DNA of 64,000 bases from Thecamonas trahens ATCC 50062. Lineage: Eukaryota; Protista; Apusomonadida. Position 1 is the stretch's first letter, and each line of letters begins with the position of its first letter. The stretch covers positions 497,052 through 561,051 of the forward strand of contig NW_013657667.1 in the NCBI RefSeq assembly GCF_000142905.1. Reading direction: 5' to 3'. The notes beneath the pieces were generated by a model. The model saw only the letters and a program-made list of their open reading frames with translations, searched no databases and was not told the origin of the DNA. Shown piece by piece: positions 42,010-51,817 of the stretch. The translations under genes were made by a program, and so were the position numbers.

Positions 42010-45000
42010 TTACAGCATCGGCAGCTCGGCGTCGGCTTCTGATCCGGACTCAAGATGCCCCAGCTCGTCGATATCGGGCGAGTAGATTGACTTGGCAGGA
42101 CCTTTTGCAGCCGAAACAGGCGAGGGAGAGGCCATGGTCGAGCCGCGCTCGCGGGTGAGCGAGTCGAGGACCGACCACTCGGGCGAGGCGGTGAGGCGGC
42201 ACTTGAGGGCAAGCTTGCCACCCTCGACCATCATGGCGCGGACAAGCTCGGGGGCGAGGACGTGGTCAGTGTCCGAGCCATCGATGAGGCGAGTGATATT
42301 GTCGATGGCAGCAGCGATGCCTGTCGGGGGCGGCGGCGGGGTGAAGGAGGCGGCGTTGGCGAGGTCGACGACGACAAGCGCCAGGACGTAGTGGCCCTGG
42401 TGTGGGGCATCGATGGTGAGCTGGTGGACGGTGCCCTTGCCAGATATGTCGACGACCTGGCGGTGGGTCGGCGCGACGGCGGCTGATGACGGCGAGCAGC
42501 AAAAGTCAAAGTAAGAGAGCGCCGAGCGCGAAAGGTCGCGCTTGGAGACAAAGGCCTTGGCGAGGTGCAGCTGGGCCTCGAGGCGGACAGGCACGTCCGA
42601 GGTAAAGGTCATGAGGATGTTCGACGAGGTGGGCGGGAAGGAAAAGTCGCCGGTGGCGGCGGCGGCGGCGGCCACGTCCTCGTTGAAGACTTGGATCTGG
42701 GTATGGTCCGAGACCCGGATGCCCTTGTCGAAGAAGACTGGCCAGACGTCGAGCGAGTCGAGGGCGTAGCGGCCGACAACGCCGTGGGCGCGGAGGCGGC
42801 GGATCTTGCGGATCTCCAGACCGATGGCAATGAAGATGACAATGATCGAAACGACGACGACGATGATGAGAAAGACGCCAAAGAAGGCCGAGGCTCCCGA
42901 GGCGAGGCTGCCGCCCGACGCGGCAAAGATAAAGGCGCCAAAGAGGACGAGGCTGGCACAGAAGAGCATGACCGACTCGAGGCGATTAATGCGCATCGAC
43001 GAGTACGGGTGCCAGCGGAGCTGGGCAATCAAAGCAGCGATGACGACAAGGACGGCCCAGACAACCTGGCCGACGACGGTGCGGGCAAAAAGACCTTGCC
43101 GACGACGACGCCAAACTTGCGGAGGAGCACGCCGAGTTCCATCAAGTAAAAAGTGGGCTTGTAGCGGAGGTACATGAGGCCAAAGCGGGCGAGGTTTTTG
43201 CGCTTCCACAGCGACTCGCGTCGGCGGAAGAGGAGCCATCCGAGGGTGGCTGGGACGGCAATGGAGAAGAAGAAGAGGGTGAAGAGCGAGCCGCCGAGGA
43301 GGCGGCGCCACTGCGACGAGTAGCAAATGATCTGCGGCTCGCGGTTCATGGTGTACTTGCCGTCCGACTGCTTGGTGCAGGGGAAGATCTCGAGAGCGGT
43401 ATTGGTGACGAGAAGGTAGAGGACAAAGCCAACCATGACCGCTGCGTTGATGCAAGCCTTGCGCATGTGCCCGAGGTTGTGCGCACGGAGCGAGGGGAGC
43501 CATGAAGCCCAGGTCCGTGCGGCGACCGAGGCCTGGAACGCGTGTGACTCGACGATGACGAGTGAGTAGCCGATCATGGCGAGGTAGCCGACGGCGAGCA
43601 TGAACCACAACATCCACGCCGAGGCGAGCTTGACGCCCCAGATGGTGCGGTAGGCAGTGGAAGAGTTCGAGGCGAGACACTCGGGCTTGAAGACTTGCAG
43701 GTCGACGTTGACGGCCGAGACAAGCTCAAAAAACCGCTGAACCCATGCCGGCCACTTGAGGTCGAACGAGGCGAGGACGCCGATGAGCTGTAGGTAGTTG
43801 AAGCCGACCGAGGTGGCGGAGAGCATCGAGGCGTTGCGGCGGGCAAGTCGGACGAGAAAGACGAGGACGCAGGCACCGATGATGGAGAGCGCCACAAAGA
43901 CGTACGGGATGTATGACGGGCACTTCTCGCAGAGGCCCGACGACGGCGACTTGATCCAGCCCGGAATGCAAAACGCGCACCGCCGCCCGGCGTGACCAAG
44001 CCGGCAACGCCCGCCAAGGAGGCAGACTTCGGGCGGAGTGCAGGTCTCGAACGCGCCGGCGACGCCGGGAATGGGGTGAAAGCCGCCGTTGGCAACTGGC
44101 CCCGCGGTGCCGCCGGCGCAATACCCACCAAACGGGCAGGAGAGACAGGCAGTGCGGGCGCCGACCCAGACCCGGCCCTCGCCGCAGTACTCACACGGAG
44201 CGTAGGCGACAACCGGCGAGGTGAAGCCCGGTGCGCAAGGTGCGCAGTAACCCGAATCAAACTGGCTCGCGGTGGCGTTGACCACGCCCTCTCCGATGGG
44301 GCAGGAGCAGTCGAAGCGGTCGGTCGATGCGGTGACGAGTGTGGTGAGGTTACCCGGGCAGGTGAGGCAGAGCCCCTCGCCGGGGTGCTCCTTGTACTCA
44401 CCGAGGACGCAGCCAAGGCACTGGATTGCGTTGGCGGTGTTGGGGCCAGGCGTAGAGGTACCGGCGGGGCAGTCAAAGCACGCCGTCATGCCGCCTGTCG
44501 GCTGGAATGTACCGCGGGCGCAGGCGAGGCACGACGTTGCGCCGGTTGCCGGCTGGACAGAGCCGGCCCCGCATGCCCGGCACGGCAAGTACGGCCCGAT
44601 GGTGTCTTTGAAGTGGCCGACGGGGCAGGGAAAGCATCGACCGCCATCGCCATTGCCCCAGCCGGCGGCGCAGGTCGAGCAGTCGGCGACGAGCGAGTTG
44701 GGTTCTGCACACGTGTTGCAAGTCGGATCGAGGTCAAAGTCCCAGCGGGACGAGTGGCAGCGGATGCAGTTGCCGGTTCCGGTAAAGCCGTGCGAGGGTA
44801 GACCATTGACGCAGTTGACGGGCTGGTCGCAGGATGGGCCCCAGAACCCGGTGTGCTTACACTCGGTGCATGCCGCGGGCTCGAGCCCATTTGCACCGCA
44901 CGTGCAGCTGCCCGAGCCGTCAATGCCGTCGATGCACGTCGATGGGGAGATGCAAGCTGGACACGGTGAGCACGATGGGCCAAAGAAGCCATCGGCGCAG

Positions 45001-46033
45001 TCAGTACAGTTGTCCGGTGATGATGCGCCGTCGAGAAGCGTGACTCGCCCGGAAGGCAGGCGGAGCAGCTCGTTGCGTCCTCGACAAGCGAGTAGGTGGA
45101 GACGGGACAGACGGCGCAGGTCGAGCCGTCGACGCGGGTGCCTGGCTTGCACATGCAGGCCGAACTAGCGTTTGCGCCGGGAGCCAGGGTCACATGCTTG
45201 CCGACGTCGGTGCACGAGGTGCAGGCGGTGGCGTCCGAGACCGAGGCCTTGAAGGTGTTGCGCGGGCAGTCGAGACAGACCGGGGAGACTGCGGCGTTGA
45301 AGAACTTACCCGCGGGACAGAGGCAGGCACTGCCACTGCTCGAGCGGGTGTTGGTGGTGATCTTGGAGGCCGGGCATGGGAGACAAGCGTTGTCGTTGAT
45401 GCCAGCTTTGTAGTAGTTGAGCGGGCAGTCGGAGCAAGCAGTGGTGCCAGTCTTTGGCTCGCGGCCCGGGCGGCAGCGGCAGACTTCGATGCTGCCGGCG
45501 TCGAAGATGGAGTCAGTAGATCGCGTCGAGTGGCAGGGAGTACAGGAAGTGCCGTAGGTGGAGCCGTCGATGGGGCCACGGAAGGCGTCCGGGCCGCAGT
45601 GGATGCAGCCCGAGCCTGACCAGTACTTGCCAGCACTACACTGAGTGCGGAACTGGCGAGTCGTGACAGACCGGTAGTTCTCGTACACGCCATCGTCATA
45701 TTCGTCGTACGAGAAGATCTTCATGGTATAGAGAGTTCCCTCGCTGAGCCCGGTGATGGTAGCCCCCTTCGACTTGTAGTTGAGGCTCGGCACGTTGTGG
45801 GAGCCATCACCACCAAAGACGGTGATGCGTATGTCGGCATCGTCGCAGTCATCAGCATCACTCGAGTACGTGGTGACCCAGGAGAGTGCCACCTGGTTTG
45901 CCAGAATGTGCGCGTCGGGAGGCGACGCGGACGGCATGGAGTGGCTGTAGAAGCAGGGCTCGTCAGCGACGACCGAGGAGAGCGTGCCCATAACGAGTGC
46001 CGCTGTGAGGACAACGACAGTGAGTCGAGGCAT
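42010..46033 (-). CDS. Multi-pass membrane receptor-like protein: signal peptide, FN3-like domain, many Cys-rich (GCC2/GCC3, EGF-like) repeats and about 7-9 TM helices (frameshifts near 45056 and 43090)
   Basis: ITGLSEGTLYTMKI (FN3-like); repeated C..CP.G.F..C; the TM region NYLQLIG..WP..G.MYLRYK..YLME..HPY..NRLE. Split over three ORFs. Confidence 0.8.
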
Positions 46034-46179
46034 GTTGAAGATAAGAATGGCGGCGCGGATGGAGGGTGCAGAACAGGAGCGCCGGTGGAGCACGACGGAG
46101 AGCGGGTTGCAAGCAGTTGCAAGTGTTCAGGTGAATGGCGAGGTGTTGAGAGCGAAAAAAGGATCCCTTGAACGAGGTG

Positions 46180-46642
46180 TGTGCCGGACATATGCCGGGG
46201 TTTGGGTTGTTCAATGAGGGTGCTCGGGCAAGCGGGAGGTGCACGCGCCGCAAACTGCCCGCCGCCTTCCTCACCATCCCCCGTGGCCATGCCCATTGTG
46301 ACCAACGTGGTCCGCTCGCAGTAAGCGGGGAGCACGTTGGTAGTTGCTAAAATCGGTGGAGCCAATCAGTTCTCGCCCTCCTGCCCGCGAGTCGGCGCCC
46401 GACCGCGGCTTGTTCGCCTCGGCTCAGGTGGACACGTCACCGGAGAGGGTGGCGCCAGAAGAGAGAACGGCCTGGAAGATGGTTTGGGTGAGAAGAATGC
46501 ATGTACCAGGCATGTGCCGGGGTTTGGGTCGTTCAATGAAGGTGCTCGGGCGAGCGGGAGGTGAGAGGCTCAGATGGACTCGTCATCGGAGAGGGTGGCG
46601 CCGGAGGAGAGGACGGCCTGGAAGATGGTCTGGGTGAGGAGG
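46180..46642. repeat. Degenerate duplication of the PPase 3' coding end and 3' flank
   Basis: 46421-46495 matches 46567-46642, and 46180-46242 matches 46500-46563. Confidence 0.85.
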
Positions 46643-47590
46643 TCGCGGAGGTTGGCGTACTTCTCGTCGTAGTCATGGACCGAGGCGAGAATAACCTTGT
46701 GGGCCTCCTCGCGGCCGTAGACCTCTGCGATGGTGACCTTTGTCTCGGAGACGCCCGGAGCCTGCTTGTAGGTGGAGAGGAAGTGGACGATGGCATCTGT
46801 GACGGACGAGGGCATCTCCTCGACGTCGGTCCAGTGGCCGTAGACGGCGTCGCCCTTGAGGACAGCGATGATCTTGTCGTCAGCCTCGCCATCGTCGATC
46901 ATGCGGATGCCGCCGATGGGGACGGCGTCGACGATGATGTTGCCGTGGCCGATGGACTTTTCCGAGATGACAAAGATGTCAAGCGGGTCATGGTCGCCGT
47001 CGACGTCGAGGCCGGTCGCCTCCTTGCAGAGAGCGGCGACGCGCTTGCCAGCATACGACTGCGGGAGGAAGCCGTAGTTGGCTGGGTAGACCGATGAGAA
47101 CTTGTTCGGCCGGTCGACCTTGAGGTAGCCAGTCCGCTTGTCGACCTCGTACTTGACAGTGTCGGTCGGCACGATCTCGATGTAGGCAGTGACGGTCTCG
47201 GGCGCGTGCTTGCCGATCGAGACACCATGCCACGGATGCGGCTAGAGAATGCGACGGAGGTAAAAGGCGTGGGTGAGTTGGGGAAGGGGGGGGGGAGGCG
47301 GGGGGGGAGGGCACAAACGTGTGTGTTGGTGGTGGCGGGGCAAACGAACAAAATTGCGACTGGCCCGCACAAGAGGTGCCGACGGCGACAGAGGTGCCGA
47401 GGATGACAGTGGAGAAGGAGGAGGGGAGGGAAAGGGGGGTTACCTTGTAGAGCAGGCCCATGAGCGACCACATGCGGTCGACAATCTTCATGGGGTCATC
47501 GTCCTTGTCTGGGCGCAGGAGGGTAGAGTCCGAGCGCTGGTCGGCGAGGTGAGCGAGACGTGCGGGGATGGTGTTCGGTGTGTCGGCCAT
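46570..47590 (-). CDS. PPA: Soluble inorganic pyrophosphatase, family I; exons 47590-47444 and 47241-46570
   Basis: HPWHG, VKYEVDK, YPANYGFLPQ, DGDHDPLD and MIDDGEADDKII. GTAACC-TAG intron is in frame. Confidence 0.92.
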
Positions 47591-47863
47591 GGTACGGCAG
47601 GAATGGAGCCAAGTGTGCTTGTGCTGGTGCAAAACCGGACCAGAGGCGGAGAGCAACCGCAAGGCTGGGATGTGGGGAGGCGGTGCGGTTGCGAACGGGG
47701 CGATGTGTGGGATTTTACGGAGAGCGGGATGCAGCAGCGGAGATGCATCTGTTGGGGGGTGGGGGGGGGGGGGGGAGGGAGGGAATGACGTCGGATGGTG
47801 TGAAGAGCGGGGCGGGGCAGGGCAGGCGGGAGTTGGGGTGGGGATGGTGCCCGCGTGGTCGTC

Positions 47864-48927
47864 TCAGGTCAGGTCGTCCTCCTCGGCCTGGATGGCCTGC
47901 TTGACGCGGAGGAGGATGGTGGTGCGCCAGTTTGAGAGCTTTGTGATGCGGTCAAAGTCGACGATGGCGGCGGTAAAGGCGTCGACGTCGGCGTCCTCGA
48001 CGGCGGTGACAAGCGAGTTGGCAAACTCGGCCTCTCTTGAGCCGACAAACTTGGCGTCAAGGTCTTGGTAGCGGTCGAGGGCGGCGCGGGCGGTGTGGGC
48101 CTCGCCAGTGGCCAGATGGCAGAGGACGGCGTGGAGGAAGTACTCCTTGCACTTGAACTGGGTGAGGTTGTTGTCGATGCCGCCGATGCCGGCCTGCTCA
48201 AAGATCTCGATGGCGCGATCGTACTTTTCGAGCTGGGCAAGGAAGGTGGCGGCCTTGAGCAGGCACTTTGTGGCCATGGCCGTCGAGTTCTCGCCCTCGT
48301 AGAACTGGGCCGCCGACTCGTAGAAGTTGATAGCCGACTCCAGCTCCTGATCCTCCTCGTACATCTCGGCAATGTCCTTGGTGTGCTTGGCGGCAACGGT
48401 GAAGCGGCCCATGTTGGTGAAGAGATCCACCGCACGCTGCAGGCATGTCACCGCCTTGCCCGTCTGCGTCTTGCGGTAGCAGCCTGCGGCGGCCACAAAG
48501 TCGGACGCCTCGTCGTGCGGCTCGCCGAGCTTGGCCGACATGGCCGCGGCCTTCTCAAACGCGTCCCCGGCCTCGTCCCCTATGCCCCCAACAACAGCAG
48601 CACACGCCGTAGATGGTAAGTCTCAATGTGCGTGCCGTGGAACATGACGTGTTCCCGTCGTGGCGGGTGGTGGCGGCCAACGAAGAGAATTTTGGACCAA
48701 GGCTTCGGCTCGCGAGTCATGCGGTGGGGGCGGAGCGGGCAGGTGGGGAGGGAAGGAGGGAGGGAGAAGGCCCACGTACACTTGCGGGCGACCTTGAGCA
48801 TGTTAGCACCCCGAGTAAACATGTCGTGTGCGTCTTCGTACTTGGCAGAGCCAGGCCAGAACGACTTGGACTTTTTCTCGGCCTTGGCAATGAGCTCGAG
48901 AGCCTTGCCTTCGTTGACGGCAGCCAT
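47864..48927 (-). CDS. NAPA: Alpha-SNAP / Sec17; exons 48927-48780 and 48579-47864
   Basis: AEKK..KYEDA, GRFTVAAKH, KCLLKAA, YQDLD..F..SRE and a C-terminal EEDDLT. Confidence 0.93.
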
Positions 48928-49360
48928 GTGAGGTTGGTCGACGAGGGAGAAGTGTGGCTTGATTATCGCCGTTCTCCCGTGGTCTCGGCGTCAAGTGTAC
49001 ATCCGATCGCATCGGAAGTCGAGGGTATGATGATGATGGGATCGGTATGGCAATGGATGGGGGGAGAGGGGGGAAGGGGGGAAGGGGGGGAAGGGGGAGG
49101 GGACGGCTGAGAACAGAAGATCAAAGAGCGAGACACTTTTTCGGTTGTCATGATGCGGCAGGTCACGGCGTGGTTACTAGGGCACAGCAGCAAGGATGCA
49201 TACCATGACTACCATGGGCTGAACTGAAGCCGTGGTCCCTGATGCTGTGTGTGGGTATTTGATTAGAGAGGCAAATAGCCCACTTGTCCCTGCTTCAAGA
49301 AATACCACCAACGTCGGCCTCATCGGTGGCTTGCCGATGAGAGCAGAGTGGTGGTTATGA

Positions 49361-50161
49361 CTACGAGAGGGAGACCAACGAGTCCGCGCTGACAGTGCGA
49401 TAGACAATAAAGCCACCGCTCGCTTTGCGCTGGGATGATAGGCGGGTTGTGACGCGGGAGTAGTCCGAGATGGGGCGGGAGTCTTCCGAGTCATCGCCGC
49501 TTCCAGTGCTGGACGACGTGTGGTTTGCGGATGACTTGAGAAGAAAATCGATGCTGGACTTGTTGTCCGAGAAGTCCAGGCTTGAGCCCGGGGCGTTGAG
49601 GGTGCGCGTATAGGCGAGGTTTGTGCGACGGACATACTCGAGATCGATGACATCGCCGGGTTGTAGGTCAGAGTGGGCGGCGTGCGAGAACTCGGTCTCA
49701 GTACCATTGACGCGCAGACGCCAGGCGTGCGTAACCGAGGCACGGATGCCGGTCACCGACGAGATGACGACGACCGAGTACGAATTGCCGTCCTGAACCA
49801 CCCATTCGGTGTCTTCGGTGATGGCTAGATCGTCGAACTTGATCTGCATGGCCGAGACGAGACCGTTGACCGAGATGACCGGTGTGTCGCACCGGGGCGA
49901 GATGCGACCGCGTGAAAAGATAAAGGCATAGGTGTCGATTGGTGTGTCGTCGCAAGTGGCCGACGACATCCCCGGCGAGAGCGAGCAGAGCGGTGACTTG
50001 GGGTCTGGGTGGATGGTGTATGTGTGCCGGTCATAGTTGTTGCTGAATCGGACTCGGAGGAAAAAAGACGATTGGAGGCCGCTAGGAGACGCCTCACGCA
50101 CGGGGGATGGTGACGAGGGCGGGATTGCGGGAGGAAGAGACCGCGAAGATCCACAACCCAT
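49361..50161 (-). CDS. Hypothetical protein with an N-terminal dual-acylation motif and a possible divergent FHA-like beta domain
   Basis: MGCGSS start; LRVNG..LQPGDVIDL. Confidence 0.55.
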   Translation of the reverse strand: MGCGSSRSLPPAIPPSSPSPVREASPSGLQSSFFLRVRFSNNYDRHTYTIHPDPKSPLCSLSPGMSSATCDDTPIDTYAFIFSRGRISPRCDTPVISVNGLVSAMQIKFDDLAITEDTEWVVQDGNSYSVVVISSVTGIRASVTHAWRLRVNGTETEFSHAAHSDLQPGDVIDLEYVRRTNLAYTRTLNAPGSSLDFSDNKSSIDFLLKSSANHTSSSTGSGDDSEDSRPISDYSRVTTRLSSQRKASGGFIVYRTVSADSLVSLS

Positions 50162-50734
50162 GCTTGTGAGTTGAGGATTGGAAACAAAACGGGCTCTGTG
50201 TGGTGATGGAGGAGTGAGAGGGTGAGAGAGGAGTGCGGGTGAGTGGCCAGATGCGGGACAACTGGTCGAACAGACGTGTCAAATCATGACTTCAAATTGG
50301 CACAGCATAGTGATTTTACCCGCACCTAATGATATCAAATTATTGGCAAATTAATTACCCGCATGCAGCACCTTGTTCACCGCCATCCAATTACCCAGCT
50401 GCTGCAAGTGTTGCCCACGAGACTCGACCCGTCTCGACCAGACACTATGACAGATAGTGTCTGTTCGTTTGGCCAGTAGTCCGACCAGTCGACAAGCACT
50501 GCCTACTTACTTGCACGTGAAGTAGCCGCAATATCATCGCGACTGTATCGCCGCCACTGGCGCAGATGACTGGCTGAGACGTAGTGGCGGCCTGGCGGGC
50601 GGCAGGTCAACTGCGATTCCATTGCAATGATGTCGCCGCTCAGCGGCTGGCGGTGGCAATGGCGATGGCGATGGTGATGGCCCGCGACGTCGACGTTGAC
50701 CAACACTTGCCTCGCCGATTGTCGTCGACGCACG

Positions 50735-51782
50735 ATGCCCAAGAAGAAGACCGGCCAGGCCAAGAAGCGGGCCAAGATGAAGAGCCGCCAGGCTGAGATC
50801 CGCTCAGGCGCACAACGTGACCTTGCACGGAGTATGTTGCACAGCGCGAGGGAGAGGGAGAGGGAGAGGGAGAGGGAGAGAGAGAGAGAGAGAGTGTGTG
50901 TGTGTTTGTGTTTGTGGCGGGTGACGTATGGCTTGGCGTGGTATAGTTGGTGTGTGCGTGTGTGGGGAAGGTGTGTGTGTGTGATGTGTCTGTGTCTCGT
51001 ATGGCATACGTGTGGTGTGCGGTGTGTTTGTGGTGCGACGTCGCCCTCACCCCGTCCACCCCGTCCACCCCATCCACCCCCTCCACCCCCCGTCCACAGG
51101 CAACTGCAACACATCGTACGAATGCAAGCAGTGCGGGATGCGACAGCGGACACGGGCGTTCTGCTACTTTTGCCATGCGATGCAAAAGCCGGCGGCATGC
51201 GCGCAGTGCGGACGGACAAAGTGCTTGGGCGGCGACTGTGCTGTGCGGCATGGGGCCAAGCACGCGACGGGCATGGATCTTGTGGGCGCTGTGTGCGACC
51301 ATTGCGCGGCATGGGTCTGCCACTCGCGCAAGTGCCTCACCACGCATGCGTGCGCCTGCCCGCTCGCCGACATGGTGTGCATCGTGTGCTGCCGTGGGCC
51401 CGAGGTGTGCGGCGGCCGGTTCTTCAACTGCTCGACATGCTCGGCGGCGCTTTGCGAGGAGGATCAGCTCCAGCACGAGGGCACTTGCACCACCATCGAT
51501 GGCGACTCGTTCAAGTGCAAGAGCTGCAACCGGACTGGCGTTTACTCTTGTCTCTCGTGCAAGGTCTCGTTTTGTGACACCCACGTTGTCCGGCGTGGGG
51601 TCGTCCTCTCCGCAGGCGCCAACCCGCCGTGCCCAAAGTGCTCCGTCACCGTCGTCGAGACCAAGGCTGTCTCGGTCTCCACCCGCAAGTACGAGTACGG
51701 GCGCCACAACACGGCCGACCAAAGTAAGGCCGACATGTGGTTTGCGCCGTCGCGCGCCTCGGGCGCCGGGCCCTCGGGCTAA
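50735..51782 (+). CDS. ZNF330: Zinc finger protein 330 / NOA36; exons 50735-50831 and 51100-51782
   Basis: MPKKKTG, CNTSYECKQC..QRTRAFCYFC, CAQCGRTKC, GAVCDHCAAWVCH, LCEEDQ..H. GTATGT-CAG intron. Confidence 0.9.
50849..50990. repeat. (GGGAGA)n/(GA)n/(GT)n microsatellites in the ZNF330 intron
   Basis: Visible directly. Confidence 0.8.
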
Positions 51783-51817
51783 CTGTTCGCATTGTTTGTT
51801 TGGCGACAATAGCTCGC

